Shown here: positions 30,453 to 40,416 of the stretch, piece after piece
Position numbering within the stretch: the stretch's first letter is position 1
How the letters are laid out: each line of letters starts with the position of its first letter
Origin: Yoonia sp.
Lineage (GTDB): Bacteria > Pseudomonadota > Alphaproteobacteria > Rhodobacterales > Rhodobacteraceae
Direction of reading: 5' to 3'
DNA: 64,000 nucleotides
Assembly (NCBI GenBank): GCA_023263855.1
Contig: JALQUF010000002.1
Coordinates: forward strand, 2,238-66,237
The notes under the pieces: generated by a model
The model's database searches: none
Told to the model about the DNA's origin: nothing
What the model saw: the letters and a program-made list of their open reading frames with translations, nothing else
Position numbers and translations under genes: made by a program

Positions 30453-30526
30453 GAAATCCTTAATCTCTTCGCTTTAGAAGAGATTGGAGCCAACTTTGAA
30501 GCCTTTGATGTAAGGAGCCGCACCAT

Positions 30527-31396
30527 ATGGTGGGTCTGATCGGAATTGTCATCGTATTCGTCACAGTCTTTGGTGGATACCTGCTGGCTGGTGGTAAGAT
30601 GGGGATCATTCTCAAGTCGCTTCCCTTTGAGATGATCATGATTTGTGGTGCTGCGATTGGCGCGTTTGCCATCAGCAATGACGGCTCGGCTATCAAGCAA
30701 ACGCTGCGTGATTTGGGCAAAGTCATTAAGGGCCCAAAGTGGAAAGCGCAGGATTACCGCGATCTCTTGTGCATGCTTTTTGAGCTATTGCGCGTCGCGC
30801 GGACGAACCCGGTGGCCTTGGAAAGCCACATTGAAGCCCCCGATACTTCAAGTATTTTTGGCAAGTACCCCAAAATTCTGAATGACGGAGAAGCGATTGC
30901 CTTGATTTGTGACACGCTTCGCTCTGCCTCGATGAATTACGACGATCCTCATCAAGTTGAGGAAATACTAGAGAAAAGAATTGAAGCTACTCTGCATCAT
31001 AAGATGCATTCGACACATGCATTGCAGACGGTAGCAGATGGTCTTCCTGCGCTGGGCATTGTGGCCGCTGTATTGGGCGTGATCAAAACAATGGCGTCCA
31101 TCGACCAGCCGCCTGAGGTTTTGGGAAAACTGATTGGTGGCGCACTTGTCGGTACGTTCCTAGGGGTTTTTCTTGCCTACGGTTTTGTGGGTCCGTTTTC
31201 AACAAAGGTTAAGGCCGTTGTCGAAGAAGACGCACATTTCCATCAGCTCATTCGCGAAGTTTTGGTGGCAAACCTCTACGCCCATGCGCCAAATATCTGT
31301 GTTGAGGTCGGGCGTCAGAATATGCCCGGACACTATCGCCCGACTTTTTCAGACATGGAAGAAGCGCTCAAAGCGACAAAGCAGGATGCCGCATGA
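30527..31396 (+). CDS. motA: Flagellar stator protein MotA
   Basis: VFGGYLLAGG, DGLPALGIVAAVLGVI, ALVGTFLG. Confidence 0.95.
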   Translation: MVGLIGIVIVFVTVFGGYLLAGGKMGIILKSLPFEMIMICGAAIGAFAISNDGSAIKQTLRDLGKVIKGPKWKAQDYRDLLCMLFELLRVARTNPVALESHIEAPDTSSIFGKYPKILNDGEAIALICDTLRSASMNYDDPHQVEEILEKRIEATLHHKMHSTHALQTVADGLPALGIVAAVLGVIKTMASIDQPPEVLGKLIGGALVGTFLGVFLAYGFVGPFSTKVKAVVEEDAHFHQLIREVLVANLYAHAPNICVEVGRQNMPGHYRPTFSDMEEALKATKQDAA

Positions 31397-33468
31397 GACT
31401 TCTTTATTTCTTTTGCATTGCAGTGCTTTGGCCAATCATCAGCAACGCCGCCCCCTTGCGGGTTATAACTGGTGAGCATGCAAATTTTACCAGAGTGGTC
31501 GTTGCAATACCGACGGGTATTGACTGGCAATTTGCGCGTATTCGCGACGGTTTTGTGCTCCGCTTGCCGACAGAGGATGGTTTCGCGCTTGCGCAGTTTT
31601 TTGACCTGATCCCAAAGGATCGTATTTCCGCAGTTTCCCAAAACCCGAGTGCTGGCGAGTTGCGCCTATTCGTCGACTGCCAGTGCCATGCGCGTGCCTC
31701 GGTCTATCGCGAAAACTACCTTGTCGTCGATATCCATGACGGGCCGGCCCCTCCCAATTCCCCGTTCGCGGTGGTCTTGCCGGCGGATGCGCCCCTGGAC
31801 ATGGGCGACACGCAAACAGCACCATATCAGCCCCCTGATAATCCTTTGTTGCCTCTGGTTATGCCGTCTCAGTTCGGCGGTATGGCCTCAGTAAACAGGA
31901 TCGAACGGGTGCCTGCGAATATTGAGCGCGCCGACGATGATCAGCAGGCTGAAGAAGCAGTTCGGGTCGTTGCCCAAGCGCTCGGTGAAAGCTTGGCGCG
32001 GGGGCTGTCTGAGGGTATATTGCAGAAAGAGTCAGACCCTAGAGATGACGATATTGCTAACCTGGCTGATCCTACACCGCTAAAAATGCGAGGTGGTCAA
32101 CCTTTTCCCGGCATTAGTGCCAAAACCAGCGTCGACCTACTTGCTGTTAATAGCGCTGCTGATGTTTCGGAAACACAAGTTGGTCAACCTTGTTTGGCGC
32201 AGAGCTATTTTGATATTACAGCTTGGGGGGATGATAGCCCTCCATATAGTCAATTGCGTGAAGCGCGCGCCCGTTTGGTCACCCCGGCTGATCAATTTGA
32301 GGACGGCGCCCTGTTGGCGCTTGCGCGGCTCTATGTCTTCCTTGGCTTTGGCCGTGAAGCACTGCAAGCGCTCGATCTGGAGGGTGTCCAGTCAAGAGAG
32401 CGTGTCATTCTACGCGTTATTGCTCGAATGGTTGATGGCGATCCGGTTTCACAAGATATCTTTGCCGGCCAAGTCAGTTGCCCTTCTGCCGTGGCACTTT
32501 GGGCCCTTTTGGCTCAGTTGCCATCTTCGATAGATGCGCAGGTTGATCGAACCGCAGTGATCAACGCCTATCGGGAATTGCCACTTTATGTTCAACGAAC
32601 GATTGGCTCCAGACTTGCAGAAGCTTTGTTGGCGATTGGGGCCCAAGATGAAGCTATGCAAGTACTGGGTTCGTCGCCTTCGACCGAGCGCGAGGATGTA
32701 AATGTGGTTCTTGCTCAAGCGGCTCTTTCCGATTCATTAGGGGAGGAGGTGCTTGCAATAGAAGCCGTGACAGACCTTGTGAGAAATGATCCGCGCACCA
32801 CGCCAGAAGCGATGCGACGTTTCTTTGAGGATGGCGTGTTGAATAGTGTTGTGTTTTCGGACGCAGATTTTCTGTTTGCAGACACTTTGCGTTTTGAACA
32901 TGCCGGAACAGCGTCTGCAGATGCTCTGGCTGAGGCGCAATTCGCCGCCTATCTCTCTGTTGATAGATTGGAGGATGCGCGCGGTTTGTTGCAAAAACAT
33001 AAAGCCAGTATGTCTCAGGACGGGAATGTCGCTTCGCGCACTACACTGTTTCAACATGCCGTCGATCGCCTGCCAGATGGCGCTTTCTTGCGGTTTGTGT
33101 GGGAAGAAGATCTTCAAGATGTTGAAGTGAGCGCGCAGAATGGTATCGCTGCCCGTTTGCTTGAGCTGGGTTTTCCTGACCAGGCATTTGCGGTGCTGAC
33201 AACGTCAGCCGATGGAGTGATGGGGGCCGAAAGAACCAATTTGCTTGCCCAGGCAAGGGCCGCCCTGGCAGTTCAGGCGGCGGCAGTTGGACCTGACCAG
33301 CAAATTGATGTGATCGCGGCTGGTGAAAATAGTGCTGACATCCAGAACCCTGCAGCGGCGGAGCCTGCTTTCTTGGGAAAAAACCGTGCGCTCGTCGATG
33401 ATGCCGAACAAACAAGAGCGACGATCCGAGCGCTGTTGGAGGGTACCCCAGCGCCTGCCGGGTTTTGA
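31393..33468 (+). CDS. Large secreted hypothetical protein in flagellar cluster
   Basis: 691-aa ORF overlapping motA stop, signal peptide, GEHANFTRVV N-domain, helical C-terminal part. Confidence 0.7.
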   Translation: MRLLYFFCIAVLWPIISNAAPLRVITGEHANFTRVVVAIPTGIDWQFARIRDGFVLRLPTEDGFALAQFFDLIPKDRISAVSQNPSAGELRLFVDCQCHARASVYRENYLVVDIHDGPAPPNSPFAVVLPADAPLDMGDTQTAPYQPPDNPLLPLVMPSQFGGMASVNRIERVPANIERADDDQQAEEAVRVVAQALGESLARGLSEGILQKESDPRDDDIANLADPTPLKMRGGQPFPGISAKTSVDLLAVNSAADVSETQVGQPCLAQSYFDITAWGDDSPPYSQLREARARLVTPADQFEDGALLALARLYVFLGFGREALQALDLEGVQSRERVILRVIARMVDGDPVSQDIFAGQVSCPSAVALWALLAQLPSSIDAQVDRTAVINAYRELPLYVQRTIGSRLAEALLAIGAQDEAMQVLGSSPSTEREDVNVVLAQAALSDSLGEEVLAIEAVTDLVRNDPRTTPEAMRRFFEDGVLNSVVFSDADFLFADTLRFEHAGTASADALAEAQFAAYLSVDRLEDARGLLQKHKASMSQDGNVASRTTLFQHAVDRLPDGAFLRFVWEEDLQDVEVSAQNGIAARLLELGFPDQAFAVLTTSADGVMGAERTNLLAQARAALAVQAAAVGPDQQIDVIAAGENSADIQNPAAAEPAFLGKNRALVDDAEQTRATIRALLEGTPAPAGF

Positions 33469-33637
33469 TTTCTGCTAACCTTATTGAAAGCATTTCAAAC
33501 TAAGACAGAGCCTATCAACAATAGATGTACTGAACTGGGGCTGGCAGAATGCCAATAGTGCGACCAACGCCAACAATTCAGAAACAGCGCAGGCATGCGA
33601 TTTTGCAGCGCCAGGCCACGTATGCCGGCTTTGCACA

Positions 33638-35728
33638 ATGAACGGATTGTCGCTGAAAGACATTTTCCAACCCACGATTCTATTGGCGATGGCGCTGATG
33701 GCTGTGATCGTCATGATGATCCTGCCGATGCCTTCATGGGTCTTGGATATTGGGTTGGCCGCGTCATTTGCTCTCGCGATCCTGATGTTCACTGTCACGC
33801 TTTTCATCGATCGCCCTTTGGATTTTTCGGCGTTCCCTACTGTTCTTTTGGCATCGCTCGTTTTGCGTCTGTCGCTGAATGTATCGTCAACCAAGTTGAT
33901 AATTGGGGAAGGGCACACTGGTACAAACGCGGCTGGCGACGTGATTGAGGGCTTTGCCATGTTTGTCATGGGTGGCAGCGTTCTGCTTGGGCTGGTTATC
34001 TTTTGCGTCCTTTTGATCGTGAACTTTGTCGTGATCAATAAGGGGGCAACGCGCATGGCCGAAGTCGGTGCGCGGTTTGCCCTGGATGCGATGCCCGGAA
34101 AACAGTTGGCGATTGATAGCGATGTCGCAGCTGGTGCGATTGATCACAAAGAAGCCAAAGAACGACGAGAGCGCGAGCAGGCGGAAACAACCTTTTTTGG
34201 GTCACTTGATGGGGCGTCGAAATTCGTCAAAGGTGATGCGATTGCAGGACTGCTGATCACCGGCCTTAACCTGATTATGGGCCTTGTGATCGGAATTGTT
34301 GTCCATGATATGCCTGTAGGGCGGGCTTTTGAAACATATGCTATTTTAACAGTCGGTGATGGATTAGTTTCGCAAATACCTGCTGTTGTGATTTCAGTCG
34401 CCTCTGCCCTTCTCTTGGCGCGAGGTGGGGCGACAGGTGCAACTGACATAGCGCTTGTCGCGCAACTGGGCCGCCACCCGGCGGCACTCGCGACCGTTGC
34501 AATTTTGATGGCCCTTCTTGCACTAGTCCCCGGTTTGCCATTCCTGCCGTTTATCTTGGGCGCTGTTGCGCTGGGTGGCTCTGCCTTTTTGATGGCGCGT
34601 TCGCAGCATCAATCGATCAATGACACACCAGAAGTCGAAAGCCCGTCTGACACCCAGCTGTTGCAAAAGTCATTGGGCGATATGCTCGATCTTGATGAAA
34701 TTCATGTGGAGTTTGCTCCTGATCTTGTCGACATGGTGCTTGATCCGGGAACGGGCTTGGATGCCCGGATCGCAAATATGCGCAACCATGTTGCGACAGA
34801 CTACGGTGTCATGCTGCCCGAGATCCGGTTGACAGACAACGCAGCTCTACCGCCGGGATATTATGTTGTGCATGTGCAAGGGGTTGAGCAGGTGCGCGAT
34901 CGACTTCAGCCGGATCACATCTTGGTCCTGATGAATGAGAACGACCCTGATGAAATGCCGGGTGAGGTGGTAAATGAGCCTGTCTATGGTGCACCCGCCC
35001 GTTGGATCGACCCTGCAGAGCAAGAGCAGGCGGCAGTGGCCGGGCTGACGACCGTGCAACCTGCAGAAGTGCTGGCAACGCATCTGCTGGAGATTGTGAA
35101 GCGCAACTTTGCACGGCTGCTGACCTTCAAGGCGTTGCGTCGACGGCTGGACGAAATGACACGGCTCAGCGATCCAGAGCGTTCGGATGCAAACCGTCGG
35201 ATGTTGGATGAGCTGATCCCAGACAAGGTGCCCCTTGATGTTTTGCTATCCGTCCTGCGACTGCTGCTGGAAGAACGGGTATCTATCCGAAATCTCGCGC
35301 TGATTATTGAAGCTGTTGCCGAGGGGCGTCAGCTTTTCCAGACTGTGGATGCCATCACCGAACACGTACGCCAACGGCTGGGGTTTCAGCTTGTCGCCAA
35401 AATGCGGCGGACTGATGGTACGATCCCGTTGATTCAGCTGGCACCCGAATGGGAGGATACATTTTCAACTTATGAAATCCGAACGGATCGTGGTGGCGGT
35501 GATGTTGCCCTACCCCCTGACAGTTTCAATCAACTGGCCGATGGTATTGCTGAAAAACTTGGTCAGGCTGCAAATACGGGTGCCTATGCTGCTGTCGTGA
35601 CATCCACCAGAAGGCGGCGCTTTCTACGCACCGTTATGGCGGCCAAAGGAATTATGAACCCGGTCCTTTCGTTTGAAGAGATCGGAATTGACGCACGCCC
35701 TGCATTGGTTGGCTTGGTTCCGGCCTAA
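33638..35728 (+). CDS. flhA: Flagellar export protein FlhA
   Basis: RMAEVGARFALDAMPGKQ, FFGSLDGASKFVKGDA, VGDGLVSQIP. Confidence 0.96.
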   Translation: MNGLSLKDIFQPTILLAMALMAVIVMMILPMPSWVLDIGLAASFALAILMFTVTLFIDRPLDFSAFPTVLLASLVLRLSLNVSSTKLIIGEGHTGTNAAGDVIEGFAMFVMGGSVLLGLVIFCVLLIVNFVVINKGATRMAEVGARFALDAMPGKQLAIDSDVAAGAIDHKEAKERREREQAETTFFGSLDGASKFVKGDAIAGLLITGLNLIMGLVIGIVVHDMPVGRAFETYAILTVGDGLVSQIPAVVISVASALLLARGGATGATDIALVAQLGRHPAALATVAILMALLALVPGLPFLPFILGAVALGGSAFLMARSQHQSINDTPEVESPSDTQLLQKSLGDMLDLDEIHVEFAPDLVDMVLDPGTGLDARIANMRNHVATDYGVMLPEIRLTDNAALPPGYYVVHVQGVEQVRDRLQPDHILVLMNENDPDEMPGEVVNEPVYGAPARWIDPAEQEQAAVAGLTTVQPAEVLATHLLEIVKRNFARLLTFKALRRRLDEMTRLSDPERSDANRRMLDELIPDKVPLDVLLSVLRLLLEERVSIRNLALIIEAVAEGRQLFQTVDAITEHVRQRLGFQLVAKMRRTDGTIPLIQLAPEWEDTFSTYEIRTDRGGGDVALPPDSFNQLADGIAEKLGQAANTGAYAAVVTSTRRRRFLRTVMAAKGIMNPVLSFEEIGIDARPALVGLVPA

Positions 35729-36507
35729 TGGATCTGTTGGTCGAATTCCTGCCTTATTCGCAGGCCGCACTTTGGGCGGGCTTTGCGGTGTTTACGCGGG
35801 TTGGTGCAGTTATGGCTGTTTTGCCGGCGTTTGGCGATCAGCCAGTCCCGACACGCGTACGTTTGGTGCTGGCGATTATGTTCTCTTTGGTGGTCGCACC
35901 GTCAGTGGCGTCAACGATTGCGCCCGCGCCGGATGCGTCTTTTGCGGCGTTCGCTGTCTTGGGGATGGAGGCGCTTACTGGCCTGTTTTTTGGCATTTTT
36001 TTGCGATTTTTCATTCTGGTTCTACAGATCGTTGGCTCAATTGCGGCGCAAGCAACGTCGCTTTCTCAAATTTTTGGCGGAACGGCAGTTGTCGATCCGC
36101 AACCGGCGATAGGCCACATGCTTGTGGTTGCAGGTACTGCCCTCGCCGCGCTTTCAGGTCTGCATATTCAGGCCGCAAGTTACATGATCTACAGTTACAC
36201 ATTGGTGCCTTTCGGTGCTGGGTTGCGACCCGGGCTGGTGGCCGAAGTTGGCATCGCCGAGGTGACACGCACCTTTAGTCTCGGGTTTTCCTTGGCGGCA
36301 CCCTTCTTGATTGCATCATTGATTTATAACGTTGTTCTCGGGGTCATTAACCGGGCCATGCCGCAGCTGATGGTGTCGTTTGTCGGTGCGCCTGCTCTGA
36401 CAGCAGGTGGTCTTTTGCTGTTCTTTCTGACAGCCCCATTTATTTTGGCCCTTTGGTTGGCTGCGTTTTCTGCTTTCATGGACACACCCTTTGGGCCTTG
36501 GCCGTGA
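35728..36507 (+). CDS. fliR: Flagellar export protein FliR
   Basis: VPTRVRL, LAAPF, NRAMPQL. Confidence 0.92.
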   Translation: MDLLVEFLPYSQAALWAGFAVFTRVGAVMAVLPAFGDQPVPTRVRLVLAIMFSLVVAPSVASTIAPAPDASFAAFAVLGMEALTGLFFGIFLRFFILVLQIVGSIAAQATSLSQIFGGTAVVDPQPAIGHMLVVAGTALAALSGLHIQAASYMIYSYTLVPFGAGLRPGLVAEVGIAEVTRTFSLGFSLAAPFLIASLIYNVVLGVINRAMPQLMVSFVGAPALTAGGLLLFFLTAPFILALWLAAFSAFMDTPFGPWP

Positions 36508-37583
36508 CGGGTGAGGAAGACAGCGACAAGCAGTATGAACCCAGCCAGAAAAAGCTGGATGACGCGCGTAAGAAAGGTGAGATCGCACGCTCTGCTGATC
36601 TGACGACAGCCGCCGCATACGGTGGTTTACTAATTGTTATGCTGACGGTTGGGCCAGTTGCTTTGATTGGCCTGTCGACTGCGATGTCGGTCCTCTTGGC
36701 GCAGTCTGGTGATATTTCGGCTTTGATTTTCGCCGGGGGCGGCACGGCTCTGCACGGCGGCATTCTGCGCGAAGTTGTTTGGGGTGTGGCGCCATGGTTT
36801 ATGGGGCCCGCGGCGCTGGCGATTGTAAGTGTGGCCTTACAGCGGGGGTTTTTGTTTACCGGCAGCAAAGTCGCACCCAAATTCAGCCGCGTTTCACCTG
36901 TTTCCGGGGTGAAGAACAAATTTGGGCGGCAAGGCCTGTTTGAATTTTTCAAGAGCAGCGCAAAGCTGGTAATCTATTGTGTGATCCTGGGTTTCTTTCT
37001 GGTTGGTCAGATCGAACGGATCATTGGAAGCATGCAGTTGCCACCACGATTGATGATCGTGGAACTGGGCCGCATGCTCGTCGCTTTGATGGCCATCGTT
37101 TTGTTGGTGTCACTGGTTTTGGGTGCGATTGATTTTTTCTGGCAGCGTGCAGAACACATGCGCAAAAACCGGATGAGCCGCAAGGAAATGATGGATGAAT
37201 TAAAGCAATCTGAAGGTGATCCATTCATCAAGCAGCAACGGCGGCAGCGTGGCCAAGAGCTTGCAACGAACAAGATGTTGTTAGATGTGCCAACGGCCGA
37301 CGTCGTGATTGTAAACCCAACCCACTATGCTGTAGCGCTCAGGTGGGACAGATCGCAGGCAATGGCACCCGTATGTGTCGCGAAAGGTGCTGATGAGGTT
37401 GCAGCACGCATCCGGGCGCGAGCGGTCGAAAATGCCGTGCCATTGCATTCCGATCCGCCAACGGCAAGGGCGCTTCATGCTGAGGTGGATCTGGGTCAGG
37501 AAATCTCACAGGACCATTATCGTGCGGTTGCTGCTGCGATCCGGTTTGCCGAGGGTATTCGCAAAAAGGCCGCGAAAAGATGA
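36504..37583 (+). CDS. flhB: Flagellar export switch protein FlhB
   Basis: EPSQKKLDDARKKG, QSEGDP, NPTH autocleavage motif. Confidence 0.95.
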   Translation: MTGEEDSDKQYEPSQKKLDDARKKGEIARSADLTTAAAYGGLLIVMLTVGPVALIGLSTAMSVLLAQSGDISALIFAGGGTALHGGILREVVWGVAPWFMGPAALAIVSVALQRGFLFTGSKVAPKFSRVSPVSGVKNKFGRQGLFEFFKSSAKLVIYCVILGFFLVGQIERIIGSMQLPPRLMIVELGRMLVALMAIVLLVSLVLGAIDFFWQRAEHMRKNRMSRKEMMDELKQSEGDPFIKQQRRQRGQELATNKMLLDVPTADVVIVNPTHYAVALRWDRSQAMAPVCVAKGADEVAARIRARAVENAVPLHSDPPTARALHAEVDLGQEISQDHYRAVAAAIRFAEGIRKKAAKR

Positions 37584-37975
37584 AAGAGATAAAACGGTTT
37601 GAAACGCTGACGCGCCTGACAGATGTGCGGCTGCAGGCTGACCAAGCGAGAATGGCAGAACTATTGGCTCATGAGGCCGAATTGCAGCAAACCTTACAGG
37701 ACCTTGCCGCGCAGCGCCAAAAGCAATCTTGGCCGGCAATGGAGGCTGGCGATGCAGCCGCTGTTGCCAGAGCCGACTTGCACTGGCAATTGTGGATCGA
37801 TCAACGGCGCAACACGATCAACACAGAGCTGGCAAGGGTGTTGGCGCAAAAGGAAGAATGCAAGGCGACTTTGCGGACCTCGTTTGGTCGGGATCAAGCC
37901 GCGCAAAGACTGTGGAAGACAGCGAAGGTCTCTGCCAAAGAAGCCTTGATCCGCAAGGCGCGCTACGAATCCTGA
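37580..37975 (+). CDS. Coiled-coil flagellar protein, possibly FliJ-like
   Basis: 131-aa helical ORF overlapping flhB stop, W-containing coiled coil. Confidence 0.55.
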   Translation: MKEIKRFETLTRLTDVRLQADQARMAELLAHEAELQQTLQDLAAQRQKQSWPAMEAGDAAAVARADLHWQLWIDQRRNTINTELARVLAQKEECKATLRTSFGRDQAAQRLWKTAKVSAKEALIRKARYES

Positions 37976-38466
37976 CGTACAAGATCAAGCACCAGAACAT
38001 CTGTTACCCGGTTGCCGCTCACCTCTTGGGCGGCCCGCAGCAGTTCGTTTCTGAGCGCCCGCATCTTTGTGCCGCTGGTAAAACTGCCTGAGAAGCCGCC
38101 ATTGTTGGCGTGATCGAACATCACCTGCAAGAAGCGATCGCGGAGCTTGGGCTCAGCAGCAAAAACGGCTGTGCGGCTGCCGACAGTAACTTCAAGGTTA
38201 AGCGACATCACGACCAATGCGCTGACTGTTTCATCCTCGATAACCGGGATGATGAATTGATTGTTCAGCTTTGCATATTCGCGCTCGGGTGACGTGGTGG
38301 CGGGTTCCGCCGCCGTGGATGCCGCGGTCGGATCACCGGGTGCGGGACATTCACAAGTTGTCTCTGCCACGGCCTCTGGGGAAGCAGGCATCAAAAAGAG
38401 ACCAGCACCCGTGCCCGCGCCGGTCCCGATCAGCAGCAATACTATGGGGATCAAGATAGCTTTCAT
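37963..38466 (-). CDS. Second FliL-family protein
   Basis: N-terminal TM, KLNNQFIIP, EPKLRDRFL, VLVLDLVRQD. Confidence 0.75.
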   Translation of the reverse strand: MKAILIPIVLLLIGTGAGTGAGLFLMPASPEAVAETTCECPAPGDPTAASTAAEPATTSPEREYAKLNNQFIIPVIEDETVSALVVMSLNLEVTVGSRTAVFAAEPKLRDRFLQVMFDHANNGGFSGSFTSGTKMRALRNELLRAAQEVSGNRVTDVLVLDLVRQDS

Positions 38467-38484
38467 CGATGGCTCCAGGCTTTG

Positions 38485-39219
38485 TTAGAATGGCAGCACA
38501 GTCTCAAGAATCTGCTGACCCAAACGTGGCTGCTGCATTTGTGTGATCTGGCCACGGCCACCATAAGAAATGCGGGCGGAGGCAATTTTGTCATAGGTAA
38601 TTTCGTTTTGGCGGGTGATATCTTCGGGGCGAACATAGCCCGTGACGATCAGCTCGCGCAGCTCGAAGTTCACACGTACCTCTTGCTGGCCAACAATAGC
38701 CAAAACCCCATTGGGCAAGACGTCTGTAATGGTGACAGCCACGCGCAGGGTGAGCCTTTCATTGCGTCGGACCGTGCCATCGCCGGACGCCGAGCTTTGG
38801 GAACTCAGGTCAACAAGCGCGGCTGACGACGCACCTTCTGGCAAGTCTGCATCGACACGCTGTGGAATGCCAAATAGCTGCGGAACCCCTGCCTGCTGAG
38901 ACGCCGAGCGCGAGCGGTCGCTGGAATTTGAGATTTCGGCGCGGTCGTCGATTTCGATGACCACCGTCATAATATCACCCCGCTGCATGGCGCGCCGATC
39001 CCCAAGTAAAGACCCGCGCGCGCCGGTCCAAAGGGATGCCTGCGCGGATGGACCAAGTGCGCTTGCGGCGATGGGTACGGGGACGCTTGGGTTCAGCATC
39101 GCGGCGCGTTCTGTGTTTTGTGCGGGGGGTGAAAACCCTGGCGGCACGCCAAACCCGTTTTCGGCGCAGCCCGCTGTGCACACCAGAAAGAACACTGCGA
39201 TATGTCTACCTTTGAACAT
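38485..39219 (-). CDS. flgH: Flagellar L-ring protein FlgH
   Basis: Lipobox TAGC, SLW..DRRA..GDIMTV, LPNGVL, IASARISYGGRG. Confidence 0.94.
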   Translation of the reverse strand: MFKGRHIAVFFLVCTAGCAENGFGVPPGFSPPAQNTERAAMLNPSVPVPIAASALGPSAQASLWTGARGSLLGDRRAMQRGDIMTVVIEIDDRAEISNSSDRSRSASQQAGVPQLFGIPQRVDADLPEGASSAALVDLSSQSSASGDGTVRRNERLTLRVAVTITDVLPNGVLAIVGQQEVRVNFELRELIVTGYVRPEDITRQNEITYDKIASARISYGGRGQITQMQQPRLGQQILETVLPF

Positions 39220-39622
39220 AGGCTACTCCATCATCCCCTATCGTGGCTGATACCGTCGCGCGCGATCCGATGTTCATCACCCGGATCGTATCACCCGGTC
39301 CCGCGCGGCCCAACGCGCGCCCATCTGTTGAAATGACCAAACCATTTTTTTCAAACAAAAGCGGGATCACCTGATTGCGCTCGACCACTGCGGGTAGACC
39401 AATGTCACCGGGTCTGATTGGGCGCCCGGCAAACAGTGCGACGCGGGCTTCCATGCCAATGATGTTGCGCGTGGCGCGTATGGCCTCTTCAGTGGGCTCG
39501 CCCAGAATTGTCACGTCATCGGCGGCAATCACGCTCTGTGCAGGGATCGTGCGGGTCGCGACGACCGTCTCAGCTGTGGCAGAGCAAGCCGTCATTAAAA
39601 GGATGAAAAGCAGCCGGATCAT
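39206..39622 (-). CDS. flgA: P-ring chaperone FlgA
   Basis: VVATRTI, VERNQ, GRAL..GDTIRVMN. Confidence 0.88.
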   Translation of the reverse strand: MIRLLFILLMTACSATAETVVATRTIPAQSVIAADDVTILGEPTEEAIRATRNIIGMEARVALFAGRPIRPGDIGLPAVVERNQVIPLLFEKNGLVISTDGRALGRAGPGDTIRVMNIGSRATVSATIGDDGVAYVQR

Positions 39623-40404
39623 CGCAATTGCACCATCGCACTTAGCATTTGGTCAGCGGCAGTGATAACCTTCGAGTTCAACTCATACCCACGTTGCGCC
39701 TCGATCAGGTCGGTGACCTCGCGCACAGGATCGACAGAACTGTCCTCAAGATAGCCTTGCCGTAGCACGCCCAGGCCATCTTCCCCTGGCGTTCCTACCA
39801 CGGAAGGACCGGACGCTGGAGTTTCAAGAAACAGGTTTGATCCGACTGCCTCAAGCCCCTTCGGGTTTGTAAAGCCTGCGAGGCTGAATTGCCCCAATAA
39901 CTGCGGCTGTATTTCGTCAATGAAATACCCGTAGACTTCCCCTTCCGCGTTGATCGATAGCGAACGGGTGTCGCGCGGAATCGTGATATCCGGGATCACC
40001 GGGTAGCCATCAGAGGTAACGATCTGCCCGTCACCAGTTAGCTTGAGCGCACCGTCGCGGGTATAGGCAGACGCCCCGGATGGGAGTGTCACTTCAAGAT
40101 AACCGTCACCCTCAATCGCGAGGTCGAGATCACCGCCCGTCGCACCCAGCGCACCTTGGCTGAGCATGACAGAAACGGCGCTTGCGCGCACACCTAGCCC
40201 CAGTTGGATGCCGGTTGGCAGGACAGTTCCGTCCGATGCGTTGATTGTGCCGGGGCGTGCCACCTGCTGATAGTGAAGGTCCGCAAATTCGGCGCGCCGC
40301 GCATTGTACCCGGTGGTGTTCATGTTGGCGAGGTTGTTGGAAATCACCTCGACCCGCATCTGTTGTGCGGTCATACCTGCTGCCGCGATCTTAAGTGCGC
40401 GCAT
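39619..40404 (-). CDS. flgG: Distal rod protein FlgG
   Basis: SNNLANMNTTGY, DLAIEGDG, YTRDG, QRGYELNSKVI. Confidence 0.95.
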   Translation of the reverse strand: MRALKIAAAGMTAQQMRVEVISNNLANMNTTGYNARRAEFADLHYQQVARPGTINASDGTVLPTGIQLGLGVRASAVSVMLSQGALGATGGDLDLAIEGDGYLEVTLPSGASAYTRDGALKLTGDGQIVTSDGYPVIPDITIPRDTRSLSINAEGEVYGYFIDEIQPQLLGQFSLAGFTNPKGLEAVGSNLFLETPASGPSVVGTPGEDGLGVLRQGYLEDSSVDPVREVTDLIEAQRGYELNSKVITAADQMLSAMVQLR

Positions 40405-40416
40405 ATGTCGTCTCCT

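Noticed and set aside
33481-34056. Long antisense and alternative-frame ORFs (this one and many over clpA, flgE, fliI, flagellin, gyrB)
   Set aside because: Shadow ORFs expected from GC-rich codon bias opposite well-supported genes
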